A stretch of 64,000 nucleotides of DNA, from positions 6,510,001-6,574,000 of the forward strand of contig CM060733.1 in assembly GCA_030704615.1 (NCBI GenBank). The letters are read 5' to 3'. Shown here in pieces: positions 32,820-46,874 of the stretch. The notes under the pieces are model-generated. The model was not told the DNA's origin. It did no database searches and was given only the letters and a program-made list of their open reading frames with translations. The DNA is from Takakia lepidozioides. Taxonomy: Eukaryota; Plantae; Bryophyta. Position 1 is the first letter of the stretch, and every line of letters starts with the position of its first letter. The position numbers and the translations under genes were made by a program.

Positions 32820-35800
32820 GTGCTAAACCCTCTTTGGGAGTCATACTCAATTTCTCGATAACATCAAAGTTACAGTAATAACTTTTTCAGGCTGTCTTTC
32901 AGGAAAGGCAGCGGTGGATCTTCAGGAGATACAGTCATTTCTGGCGAGTCTGTTTTCGACAGCCCCCTTTCCAATTTTCTGCTTCTTGTTTATGCCGAAG
33001 CAATGGCACTTCACGCGGCCAAGTCCCTATCCCCTGACTTTTTACTGCCCAGCCGTAGGTGTATCCAGAGTGGATCCGGTGTTCTAAAATACTTAGACTT
33101 AGATGCAGAGGAAGAGGGGATACATTGTACTGACTCTGAGTCAGACTGAACTGTATTCTTTTAATATTCATTTTCATATTATCTGGAAAACGTTGAATCC
33201 CCTTCCTCCACCGTAGTTGTTCCTTTAGAACAAATAATAATCACAGAATCAACTTTTGTTTAAATTGCTATATGTATGAATCCATCTCACAAACCTTCCT
33301 GACTCTTCTCATATCCATTGTGCATTCATCTACACTGTATTCATGCGTGCTCCATTCATGAAAGCTTCCTTTGTACAACATCCATTGTACATTCATCCTC
33401 TGTACTCTTTAATCCACCCCACAAACCTTCCACACTCATTTCATATACGTTGTGCATTCGTCAAAAGATTTGGTCATGCATCTTCCTGTCATGAATTTTT
33501 GTCATTGCTCAACATCCATTATACATTCATCCATTTTACTCTTATCCATCCGTCATTCATCCATCTACATACATTTTTCACACTCATCCATCTGTTTATC
33601 ATCCAACTGTACATTCATCCATCCTTCATTCAATGTCTTTTATTATGTCGTCCAGCTTGTTTCCGCGGTAAAGGGTGCCAATCCGCGGGAATACACTCCA
33701 CTTCTTTCTGGGCGCGTGGTGACGCGGCCTTCACGTGTGATGACGTGGACTGAGCCCCGTGACGTGGCATTTGCGCAAGGTGACGTGGCGTAAGCGCAGT
33801 TGCGCTCACGCGCTCACGCGCTCACGTGACCAGGCTCACGCCGAGGCATCCCTGGGGCAGGTTGTGCCATTTCCTCTTTCAGCACTATTGTTTATATTTT
33901 AGCACATTGTGAAATTGGGCTAATTCGCCATTTTGCTCGGTATCCTCACAGGATGTTCGTCCCTCCGTCGGTAGACTGTCTACTTCTGAGGACATGACAT
34001 CTTCCGCCCATGCTGCAAACGTGGGATCGACAACAAAGAAAGGTGTGGGGGTGAGCACGTCCCCCCATGCGCGGGTCAGTTCTACGCATGCGACCCACGA
34101 AGCTGCAAAGACAGGTCCAGCAAGTGTAAACAAACCTGCTGACCAGCCTCTGTTGCAAAGTAGGGCGGCAACGCTGCGTTTGTCTTCTCTATCCAGCCCG
34201 CCTACAACTGTCCCTGCTTCCCAGGGGAGAGGCAAAGCCAAGAAGCGGACTGTGGTGGACCATGCGAACAAGAACCGCAAGTTGGCCTTGGACATGGACA
34301 AAGATGTGGGTCGTTTCCTGGAGCAGCACAGGTGAATATTGTGCTTAGTCTCCTCATCTATCTTTGTCGTTAAGTGCTTTGCGATTAGTTGTCTCAGTCT
34401 GCTGCTGGTTGTCATCATTGTCTGTTGTGGTTAATCTTGTCAGTCTGCTGATGAATTGTTCAGCCTGTAGAGTGTTTGGTACCATGTTGATGTCAGTCTG
34501 TTCAGTACATGAGGCTTCCCGAATGATGGTCTGCTCTGTGCAGGATGGGTGCTCGGTTTGGCAAAGCACATGCTCTGCACGTCAAGGCGGGTAATTCCAT
34601 GCTGATGTTTTTTGAAGGGGACCCACGGTTTGAATGCGGACTGTCGCCGGATGACATAAAGGCGCTCTAGAAGGTTGAGTCGGAGTGCACAGATAGACTC
34701 ATGGAGCTGTGGTGTCGATTCTATGAGAAGTCGGTTGAGGTTGCGTTCACCAACACTATTGCTGTTCTTCCAACGTCGACGTGGACGGTGTTGAAGTCAT
34801 TGGGGGTGGGGCAACGTGAAAGCCTTCTGGAGGTCATCAAAGGTTGCCTCAGCACTAAACGACTGGGCAAGGACTTGAAAGAATGCGATTTTATTTTGGT
34901 GCCAATTGGGGACGAGTAAGAACTTTTCCGAGTCTGCTGAGACTGTCTCCTGAGTCATAGTCTGGTTTCGCAGTGTCGTCTTGACTCTGAGCGATTAAGT
35001 TGACCTCTGTATTTGTCCAGTGGACTGGGTTTGAAGATTGAGTCTGCTGAGTCAGCTGAGTGCTGAGTGGTCGGTTTGCTGAGTGTCAGTCTGCTGAGTC
35101 TGCCCATCATGATTGTGCAATGACGCCATGTTGTTTGATACCATTGCAGGGGGCACTGGAGTGTTTGTATCATCGACCTCCGCAAGGGCTGTTACACTCA
35201 CCTGAACTCTATCAAGGACTCGCATAGTTGTCCCTTTGTTCTAGGGTGGATTCAGAAGCTTCATGCTGAGTGCTTAGGGTACTCGATGGACTCACCGGAG
35301 TGGCACAAGATTGTCCAAGCATTTCAGTTCTACACGCCTGATGTGCCCCATCAACCATTCAGCTGGGAGTGTGGCTTTTACGTCATGTCATTCATTCAAG
35401 TGATTTATGAGTGGGTAAAAGTCAGAGGAAATGTTTCCAAGACTGCAAAGCCAGAGAGAGGAACACCTTTCACGAAGGACTGGTTTACTTTCAAGTTTGC
35501 ACTTGGGTAGCGAATGCAGTGTGCCCAGTATATCGTGCGGGGGTTGGACAATCTAGAGAAACTGCTCTCATGAGTATGATGTACTTGTCCTATGAAGTCT
35601 ATGTACCGAAATAAAAAATGCGAGTCTTTTCGCTTACTATTCCAGTGGTGATGAGCACTTTTGTGTACTGTGGGTGCTGGCATGTTTTGTAATGTTGTCA
35701 CTAAACTCAATGGACACAATGGTGTCAATTTTTCCATGCACTGTGCACTCGAGTCAGCTGAGCTTGAATGTGCAAGCAGTATGCTGCCGAGGCTGGGACT

Positions 35801-35905
35801 GGTGGGTCTGGTACCTAGTCTGGTAGGCACCATGTCCATGAGTCCGCTGGGACACTGGATTGGCATGAGTCATTAGGGAAGTAGTCCACTGGGAGCCTGG
35901 GTTTT

Positions 35906-38900
35906 TCAGGCCTCCACGAAATCTCGTCTCCTTTTCAGAGACATGTTGTTGTTGTCGTTCAGAGGACGGAAAGCCTTCGCTGCCGCAGGGTGCAACATTC
36001 CAGCCGCACTTTTTGCCAGGACATCAACGAGCTGCCCTCTGCACATACGAAGAGCAGATCGGGCATGTGCCTCCAGGTATTTGTCATCACCTACAATGCG
36101 AAGTATATCCGTGAATTCTTGTTCCATTGAGGCTGAGACCTCTAGAGGTGCCTCGTCGTAGGGGAAGTCATCCGGAGGATGTCTTTCCATGAACTGATTG
36201 GATTCGTCGTTGCCGCCGGCACCATTGCCCAAGAGCAAGTTAGGTAATCCTCCATAAATGATTCCCAGCGCCGTGCCACAAACGCGCACAAGGAGGCCAT
36301 CCTGCAGGTCAGGGTAAAACATCTTCAGGACACGGACCTGGTGCTTGCATAAGTTTCCCTTCATTGCCCATGGGCACGTGCAACAAGCCCAATCGCAATC
36401 AGGATTGTAAACAATGTATGTTGTGCCGGGGTGGTTGTTGCTGAGAACGTAGGCTGGTTCACCAGGACCCAAGGGAAGAGTAACATTCTCAGCAGGAATG
36501 TCTCGTGCCGCAAGTATAGAACTGGACAGTGTACTTTTCGTGTTTGTCATTTCTTATGAACCCGTGGGTCTTCAAATGGATTGCGTACCAGTAGTGTGTT
36601 AGCACATGGCCAGTGAGTTCTCATATAAGCCAGTCCACTCTACGACCACTCATCTTGCCTTTCCCCATGACAAGTCTTACCTTCAGATTTCGATGGTATG
36701 CCTCAATGCTTGCGTTTGTGTCTTGGCTCGTATGAGGGACATGGCGGGCTGCTGTACACCACATTGCTATTTTGGGTTTCCAGTACTGCTCGATATAGTC
36801 AAGAAATTCATGTCCTTTCGGGTATTTTGACCTCATATGACGGATTCTCCTTGCAACCCACCGAAGCGCTCTTTTCTCGTTGCGTGGTCCCCCTCTACAG
36901 TACATGAGGTCTCCCATATCCTTCAACAAGTTTACAGTGGTCACCAGATCCTTTGTTTTCTTGCATGATTGCTTCACCCATGCCTTGCGGACATGCCAAA
37001 GGCAGAGGAAAATGAGTACTCCTTCAAAAACAATTCTGCGCAACACACATGGTACACATTAGAGTCTTGGGATCGGACTGCAATGGTGGACTGCCGGAGT
37101 GGACTGTAACAGCGACCTGTATCAGCGGGTAGAGCCACTGGACTCGCCCAGTGGACAGTGCAATGCCACGACGTTGATGTGCTGGAATAACCCCATTGGA
37201 CTACCCAGTGGACTTCCCCGTTGGACTTCCCCCTAGCTAGGACTGGGGCAGCGGACTGCCCCATTGGACTGCCACAATGAACTACCAAGCGGACTTGTCA
37301 GGGACTGCCGAGTGGACTTGGCAGCGGACGGCCGACCCCAGGGACTGCTGAGTGGACTTGCCAGCGGACTGCCGAACGGACTTGCCAAGGACTGCCGAGT
37401 GGACTTGCCATGGACTGCTGAGTGGACTTCCAGCGGACTGCCGAGCGGACTTGCCGGGGACTGCCAGCGGACTTGCCAGGGGACTGACGAGCGGACTTGA
37501 CAACGGACTACCAGTGGATTTGCCCAGCGAACTGCCATCGGGTTTCGCCACAGGAGTCTGCCAGTGGACTGTAGCAATGGACTGCTGCAGTGGACCTCGA
37601 CAATGGACCGGTGCTGTGGACCAACAGACTTACCGAATAACATTGATTTCTGCTTCGGCATCGTCCACAATGAAGGCATTGGGTCGCCAGCTCGGCAAAT
37701 ATGCGAGGAGTGAATCGCGCAAGGCTCTCATCCACGGCACCAGGTCTGTTGTCCGATTCCTCGCGGATAGGATATATGCAATTGGTATACCGTTCAACCA
37801 CTCGTCAAAGACCATCAACGTGTACAATGGGAACTGTTGAAATGCACAATGTCAGATGGTCAGAGCATGCAAATTCCGCTCAGTTCTGCACGAGTAGACT
37901 TCATAAGAGTGATGAGGTCTGCAGCGGTTCACAGTGGGTCTGCCCCTCGGTCTTCCACAACGTACACATGAAAACATATAGAAAGGGTCAGCACACCAAA
38001 TTTTATGTGAATGCTGCATAGTACTATGCTATCATGCTCCTACAAGTCCATGGAATCGTTCGAATAGTACCTTGTCATGATTTGTCCCAAAGGTTGTATC
38101 ACATGCAACGATACGGTCATGTCCTAATTCCAGCATTCGTCGTTTCTGCCACGGAATCTGTATGCCAATAGTGAATGTCAAATCTCCATCAAAATGCTCG
38201 AATGTTGGCTCTAATTTCTCCTCTTGATAGAAAAAAACGGACGCAGTATTCGGGTCTCTCCACATGCGCACACTCTTCGCATCATCGGCGTGTTTTTTGA
38301 AGGTTTGTCACGCACGTTTCTCGGCAAGGTTGCGAATATCTTGCTCCAACAAAAAATCATTGCGGGTCCATGCATCGCCCAAGCCGGTGTAGTTCATCAC
38401 GTGCTCTTTATGCTCCATCATGATTTGGGCGACCGACAGGCCTCGGCACAAACACTCGACGACCCAGGCTTTCAAATCCTCGCTAATGTGTGGTGCATAG
38501 GCGTGGCGGGTGTTCCTGAACTCTGCGGACTTCCCATGCGAGGGTTTCCCTTGCGCATCTGTATGCTCCATGTTGTTGTAGTACGTGATGACATAGATGT
38601 TAGGGGCGAGATAGCATTGCTGGACCTTGAAACAGCATTGGCAACCACGCTTGTAAGACTCTCCATACTCCGACTTCTTTCTCCTTGGGCCTTTATGAGG
38701 GCAAGATGTTCCAGCACCCACAAGAGGTCCTCCACGCTTCTGTTTTGGATCCTCCACTATTGCCTTGTTGGTGCGCTTATCATCAGGACCGTAACAGCAT
38801 TGATACCTGGACAGAAAATTCAAAAATCGATATCCAACGACTTGAGGAAGCATAAAATCAGAGAACTCGTGAAACAAAAAATGACAACAGACATGTAATG

Positions 38901-39247
38901 AAACGTCAAAATGACTGAGGATGGTGCACATATAATACTGGACAGAAATGTGTTGGCTCTGGGCGCTTTTCGCGAACCAGGTTCCACTTAAGAATGGACA
39001 TTCACCCAAAACTGAGTGGGGTAGTCTTCCAAAGTCTCCTCTCCCAGGACAAAGTCACCAACTCTATCCCAAGGTATGCAGGCCTTTTCACTCGCACACC
39101 CATAAACCCATATTGCGTCTCACTCTTCCAATGGAGATCCTTCCTGTTGAAGGGTCCTGGTTTTGCTGTTTGCAAACATTGTCGAAGAGGCCGTATAAGC
39201 GGATTTTCCGTGATCAGTATATCATCGAGTTTTGCTTCCACGTCCAT
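35906..39247 (-). pseudogene. MULE-family DDE transposase with WRKY-like Zn domain and SWIM finger (outer element)
   Basis: KRGCQCCF...EHTD; CDTTFGTN (D1), LMVFDEWLNGIPIAYI, FIVDDAEAE (D2), LCLWHV (CxxH), DTNASIEAYH (E); SWIM CTCPWAMKGNLCKH. Introns including 37039-37630, plus frameshifts. Confidence 0.82.
37060..37625. repeat. 10/11-bp tandem repeat (GCGGACT(T)GCC) filling a transposase intron
   Basis: Visible run of (g/t)ggact(t)gcc(a/g) units. Related gcggactggc units lie at 39460-39605, upstream of the same transposase. Confidence 0.9.
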
Positions 39248-40074
39248 GCCCTATACAGTACAAAGGACACGCTTCTGAACATGCAAGAAACGCGCCGCAG
39301 TACCCAGGACACGATCGACAACGTGCCAGGAGAACAGTGCGCACGTTCGCGGGTGCTGACAAGTGGCAGACGGCAGGGATGACGGTTTGAATTGCAGCCC
39401 TAAAAATAGAGGGCTCGGATGGGTTATGGGAATGGACGGTGGAGATCCTGCGCCGTTAGCGGACTGGATGGCAGGGGACTGGCGGGCAGATTGGCGGACT
39501 GACAGACTGCTAGGCAGCGGACTGGCCAGCACCGGACTGGCAGGCAGACTAGCGGACTGGCCAGCACTGGACTGGCTGGCAGACTGGAAGGCAGCGGACT
39601 GGCCGCGCGGCGGGCGCGGGCGGGGCGGGCGGGGTGGGGGGAGCCGGGCATCCGTGAGCGGGGCCCACCGGCCACATTGCACGTGCCCATTGAAAACCCT
39701 ATTATCGTAAAATGAGAGGCCAAAAAAATATCTTAGATCTCTCATTTACGTTTTGGGCCTGAAAAGGGCTTGTTGACTGCTGACGTGGCAGGTAAACAAG
39801 CCCAAAACAGGTTGCACTCCAAAGGCCATTTTTGGCAGAAAATTAGCAATTTTAGAAAAAACACTTCACCTTGTGGTGTGTGAGCATTACATACACACAT
39901 CCACCATTGGCTTTAAAAAATTGTAGAAAAAAAAGTACTTCATTTGGAGGCACATTTTCTCTTGTCAATTTTGAGATTGGAATCTCTGGATGATTTTTGG
40001 TAGGTTTCTAGGGGCAATTTACTGCAGCTGGGTACCCAAAATTGGTAAAAAGTCAAAAAAGGGCTTGGGAACTT

Positions 40075-40180
40075 GAGCGCAACCGGCAGGTTATTAGAAA
40101 GTCAATAGATTGAAAGAATTGAGTTCCAATGTAACCGCAACCGCCTGTTAGCAAAAAATATAAATAACCGCCCAACACTG
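40075..40180 (-). mobile_element. Possible single hAT/MITE terminus
   Basis: Ends ...taaccgcccaacactg (rc CAGTGTTGGGCGGTTA, a hAT-like CAGTGTT start) with subterminal aaccg repeats. The partner end was not found. Confidence 0.3.
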
Positions 40181-40890
40181 ATATCACCCTGTAGGATGAG
40201 AAATTAGGGTCTGGTCTGCCTATTGAATTTCAGAGGTGCTTGGAGGTGTTTTTTTGCAGTGTTCCGAAGTCTGCAAGCTTCGTCATCCCAAGGTTGAGCT
40301 GTACTTAGTGACTTGTTCACAGGTGAACCCATAGCAGTTGGTTATCTGTACAACTTCATCTCCAACAAAGATGCATGTTGTAGTGTGGATAGTGCTATAA
40401 CCAGAAATCGATGTAGCACAAGCTCCTCAGGTTTATAAATACCTAGAAATGTTTAAGAAAGAGCATGTAAAGGCATTCTCAAGTGATATGCATGAGACCA
40501 AGTTTGGTAGCAGACGTGCAAAGCCACAGTTTCTCATGCTCATATCATCAGTGATAGCGGGATCCTTGGTCCCTGCTGACAGAACAGGTTGAGGCTCTGC
40601 CCGCTTAGGCTGGTGCAGAAATGCAATCCTTGTATTGTGGATGGACTACATGTCCTCACACTCCATTAAAGAATTAATATGGGAACTCTTGATACTGGCC
40701 TGCAGAGGTTCTTTGATATGTCTGACTTCTACACATGTACTGCTAGTATCTCACAAGAAGAACCTGTTTGAAGTTTTTTCTTGAAAACAATCATGCCTGC
40801 AAAATCTGGTTGTCTGCGGCAGTCATGCATGATGTTTGCACCATGTGAACCTCTTCTAACAGAAGCAAGGACAAGTCTCCCGATGAGATG

Positions 40891-42716
40891 TCATAGAGGG
40901 GGAGCTAACGACTGCAAAAGGTTGAAATACGCGTACTTTATGTCAAATTGCATGTCATACCCTGCAGACAATGCCAGCACCCCTGTTATTCATGGTGCAT
41001 CCAACTGGTCATTGGTAAAGGTTTTGAGACACACAAATAACTGACTAATATCCAAAACAATGTGGACTCACATATGAAATGCTGCACTGACTGTATGGGC
41101 ACACGGTATCAAACAAACAACAGAATATCCATACAGTGGGTAAGGTAGGTAGAATACAGTAGTTGAGAGCAATAGTACGGCCCTGCCAGTCAGGTGTTTG
41201 GCGCACATGATGAAACCACATGCTGGGCCTGTCCAACCACCAAACAACTCAGTCAATAGCTCAGTCAGTAGCAGCAGCCCTCAAGTCAACATCCTACAGA
41301 AAGAAGTTGGCAGCCAATTTCCGCCTTTGTAAAAAGCGGCACAGCACATTCAACAAGAACCTCTCTAACTCTCCTTATTTGCCAAACATCATACATACTT
41401 GCCATTGACTTCAGCTGGCAAATGAGAAAAGGGATTGCCTGGCTCTCTTGCACTTACACATCCCCCCCATGTATCCCTCCATTTTGGTGTGCAAGAAACG
41501 CTACCACATGGTCATGACTAAAATCAAGCTTAATTCCCCAGGGGACAATGCAGAAATGCTTCAGTTCAATCCTTTATCCCCCTTCGAAGAAGACATGGCA
41601 ATATAGCAATGGGACGATACAAAGAGATCCATCAACCTGGTCAGGGTAGTGCGACGTACAGGTAAAGTAACTCCCCTGCCCGCACTGTGCACTCAAAGGG
41701 CTTTGGCCCTCCGAAATAACGTGGGAACATTGCATGTGCTTCCTGTAAGTCCGAAGGCCCAGGAAATGGATCCACACTAACCCACGGCACCTTAGTAATT
41801 GGGATGTCTTGCTTCATCACCAGCTTACCACTGTCCTGCATGCACATTCAAGGTGGAAACTGCAACTCATACACTCCCTATAGCATGCGATGAGAGACAA
41901 GGAGACGAAGGGTCGTGTGACAGAGAGACTGACCACCCGGGCATAATGAGCAGCAGGGTAGCGGCGAATGTACATGCGATGCATGTCAGTCGGAGGTAAT
42001 AGAGTGAAATGCTTTTCCCCTGTTATCACTGCATACAAATTCTCGTAGTGATCTTTATGGAAAGATGTGACTGACTTTTCATTCCCAATCCACAGATTCA
42101 CCGCCTCTGGCATGCACCCCAGGGCCTCAGTCGCCCAGGCTATGTGCGCATCTGCATCGGCAGCAAGCAAGCCATATTCGGACGTGAAACACCCATTCTG
42201 CTGTTGCGCATAAGCCACTCCAGGTCTTCCACTGTTACCAACAATGTAGTCGAGCGCCCGTGGAAATGGCAACTCCTCCACATGCGCACTCACGAACACC
42301 TTTTCCGTCCCATGCTTGTCCCCCACACCCGTTGGAAAAGAGCACGAGCAACCAGGGGAAGAGAGCGAGTCAGACGGATTGACAAGAGCATCAGCCCGGC
42401 CATCAGGTGTGAAATGAAGGGATATACGTTGGTGCTTCAAGACTTTACACAGATACTCATTGGACCATCGGTGCAGGGCCGCCCAATGCTCTATGGCATC
42501 TGTGATGACACAGGGCCGCCCTGGCATCACAAACTCTCTCAAAAACTCGAGGGGCTGGAGAGGACCCTTTACTCTTTGCACCTCTCCCGAAGTACCCAAC
42601 GAAAGCTCTCGAACATCCTGTGACAACCCGTCCAGAATTGCCCATCTTCTCTGCTCCTCGAAGCTATCTGGTGCTTCAAGCCCATCGTCCTCCCCTACCA
42701 TATCCATCCACTGCAA
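40891..42716 (-). CDS. JMJD7: JmjC/cupin-8 protein, JMJD7-like (Arabidopsis JMJ32-like)
   Basis: NLWIGNEKSVTSFHKDHYENLY (HxD), LYLPSMWFHHVRQ, NYWYDMQFDIKYAY. Four exons: 42716-~41937, ~41832-41660, ~41229-41158 and 40961-40891. Confidence 0.92.
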
Positions 42717-43620
42717 GACTTAACCCTGCCTAAGCATCCACAAGAGTCACACTGCAGAGTAGAAGTTGATCCGAGAGCTCACATTTCGTAACTCAACGGA
42801 CAGAGCAAATACCAGAACATTGTCAATGGCCTCAATCGGCCCTGACCTTTGTAAGCAACGCGACTAAACAAAGCTTTGTGGTCCGATTCCAACTGCTTTG
42901 AAGGCATCAATGTTTCTTTCAGACCTCCCTATATAGAGTTGCAAAAACAGGAAATGCTACTTCATATCAGACATGCACAATCGCTCATCGCTTGAGGCTT
43001 CGCTTGTGGACATACCGAATTGTATGTAGGTGAGATGGAAGAGAACGCTTGATGTAATGAATGCACGATGGTTACTTTTACCAGGTTGTTGGATGCACAG
43101 TCACAGGAACAGCCAATGTGAACCCAGTGTGTAGTTTGGAGATTCCTACATTAGAAAGCATGATCCCCAACTTCACTGAATAGTGGACTTTGCCCAGGAT
43201 GCTTGAAAATATGTTGAGCTGTATGAATACTGTGCAAATGCAGCTTTTGGACTGATTATTCAATGTTCTGTGGTGTACTTGAGTTTTACCAAAAACAATG
43301 CCGATCTACTTACTTCCATAACTTTTAAGAATCAACTTCAATAGAGCAGTTGTAACAAAGGCATGATAGCTGCCACACACGCACACTGGCTCTCAATACA
43401 GGGATGGAGCTAAGAGAAAATATAGCAATGCATGGAATGGAGATGAATGCACTCACAGCTGCTTCATAAGTGTGCCTGGCCCTCACTGTCCTACCAAAAC
43501 ATAACAATAATGTCGAACGCACTCACAGCTGCTATATAGCTGTGGTTGGATTACAATACTTGAATAAGTTGTTTTCAAACAGTATTCCCAACAACAGCGC
43601 CCAAGCCCAAGCACCACACC

Positions 43621-44925
<1,305 letters not shown>

Positions 44926-46874
44926 CTAAACAGCAATTTGCCACCGTACAAGCCCTCTGAACACCAACAAACTGATTCAAAGGACAATCAATTACTGCAT
45001 AACTCGCTGTCAAAGAGGAGGGGAAGCAGCCATGCAGTTTTGGACTTTCACAGATGCAGGGCTTGTGGACTGTTCATTCCCAAGACTGGACTTATAATTG
45101 TCCGAAGAGGCAGCCATGACCAATCTCAAGCCAAAACTCAGCTCACATTTGCTCGAAGCAACTAGACATGACCAGGTAAACTAACACCCATTCACTGCTG
45201 AAACCTACACACATGATGTGGATTCCAATAAAGGGTTCCTAATTTAGACAACTGGGTGAATCGGAGTAGCTTAGCCCCCCACAAAGTATGGGAAAAATCT
45301 GATGTGAGCCAGACTGATCGTCAGCACCCACCCACTCAGAAGTGGCCAATTTAGGTGGGTGGTGCTGGGCTCTCACCTTAGTGATAAATTACATCTTCCT
45401 TAATAATCAGAAACTCACTTGACGTGTGACCATGTGTGGGGAAGGAATAAGACATGCAAGACATTTACAAAACTACCCAGAAGGCCACGCTACCTAACTA
45501 GTGAACTACTCAGAGATCATACCCGACCAATTCTTCATGTGCTTCGGAAACATTTCAGTTTTTCGATCGCGCGGTGGATCGGAATGGATTGGCAGCAAAC
45601 ATCCACACGCCAGAAGGGAGGAAGAGGGCAGGGTAGTGGAGCAGTCCGGGACAGCGGGACACGTGATACAAGAGGAAAAATCAGAAACAAAAAGAAGAAA
45701 AGGAGACTGAAGAAGAAGTGGGTCTACCTGCACAGACGGGCAAGGGCCGAGGGCGAGCAACGTCAGGGGATCAGCACCAGCTTGCCAGTTGTTGGGTGCC
45801 TAGGAAATGGGCTGTGTGTGCAGCTGCTGGACTTGGGAGGAGTCAAGGACGAGGTGTCGCAACCTACCGGCACTCAAAGAGTAAGGCGAGGAAGACGAAG
45901 GTTAACACTGAACACGCATCTCATGGTCCCTGTCACGACACCCCTATGCCAACCTTCAGCTCCACCTGGCACCACTTCACCAGGATAAATCTGCTTTCTT
46001 ATTCGACAAAAGGAGACTCTACTTTAACCATCATCTGCTGGCAAATTCGTGGCACGAGGTGTGTCACTTGCTTATCCCAAGGAAGCTCGAGGGACTGTGC
46101 CCTTTCCACTTTCCGTGCGTTTCCGCTCTACACGTCTTCAGTCTGCAAGCTTCCATGCTAGTTCGTAGTACTGGGACACACTCCAAGCATCCTCTATAAT
46201 TTACGCATTTGGTTCCAATGGAATGAATCCAGCTCCGTCCTCTCCTCTCCGCCTGGGTTCTTGGTTTCTCGTGCCTTTGGCCACTGCACAGCTAATCTAA
46301 GAATCATGTCAGTGCAGTTGAAGCTTGGTTGTGGAAGATAGAAGTCACTTTTGTAACAAATGACATAACTTAGGGCAGAACTTCCTGAGAAAAAGAGATT
46401 TGTTTCAGCTTTTCAAAGCTATGCAATACACGGGCTTGCGAAATTGCATACTGTTTAACCAAGGCCAACCACATCCCTCAAACAATTTGGCTTGGACTGA
46501 ATGCAGGAATGTGCATGCGAAGAATTCCAATGGGCAGCAATAGATGCTCGGCCAAGAGCTTGTACTTCTCACTGACTTTGTGACAGGCATGGTTATCAGT
46601 GAGAATCCAGTAGTCTGCTACCCTTCTGCAATCCGTTCCAGACAATCCAAATTGCTTCTCTTTTTAGGAATGTCAGAGCACTGACATTTGGGGACAGGAT
46701 GCCTCCTATGCAGAGGGCATGTGTGTGTTTTGGTTTGGTGTAATATAATCTCCCTTTAGGAATGTAAAAAATGAATTGAGTTCTCTGAACAAAGGTTAAA
46801 CTAGTGCCGAGATGGAAGCAAATATGATTGAACTCATCTGCCTGACCTAGATGGGTACTTAATCCCGAGAGCCT

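Larger units (their letters stand above)
22530..33854 (-). mobile_element. Inner MULE-like DNA transposon (11.3 kb) carrying a ParB-methyltransferase gene
   Basis: Exact 10-bp TSD GGGCAGGTTG at 22520-22529 and 33855-33864. Imperfect TIR: left caacgacgcaat-ggcgtgagc-gttg-cacgtgagcgcg versus right (rc) cagggatgcctc-ggcgtgagc-ctggt-cacgtgagcgcg. Subterminal TGACGTGGC/GCGTGAGC repeats at both ends. Confidence 0.88.
20494..35510 (+). pseudogene. Transposon accessory gene with Q/T-rich linker and C-terminal Ulp1/C48 SUMO-protease-like domain, interrupted by the inner MULE
   Basis: N-terminal exon from ~20494, QQTAPQQT repeats at 21400-21630, and an in-frame splice ...PLGQ|DVRPSV... across 22525/33952. 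Catalytic motifs DFILVPI (~34890), GHWSVCIIDL..YTHLNSI (~35151) and VPHQPFSWECGFYVMSFI (~35343). Confidence 0.7.
19400..39900 (-). mobile_element. Outer MULE-like DNA transposon (SWIM transposase plus Ulp1-like protease gene); ends not resolved
   Basis: Convergent transposase (35906-39247, -) and Ulp1 gene (+). (G)CTGACGTGGCA-like subterminal words at ~39779 and, inverted, at ~19643. No clear TIR or TSD found, so the boundaries are approximate. Confidence 0.55.

Noticed and set aside
22515-33864. 15-bp TSD (ccct[t/g]gggcaggttg)
   Set aside because: It has a mismatch. The TIR register (12 nt outside GGCGTGAGC on both sides) fits the exact 10-bp TSD better.
37233-37840. ORFs in the GGACT repeat and antisense ORFs over the transposases (e.g. 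23860-24648, 38224-38898)
   Set aside because: They are repeat-derived or shadow ORFs of real genes on the opposite strand.
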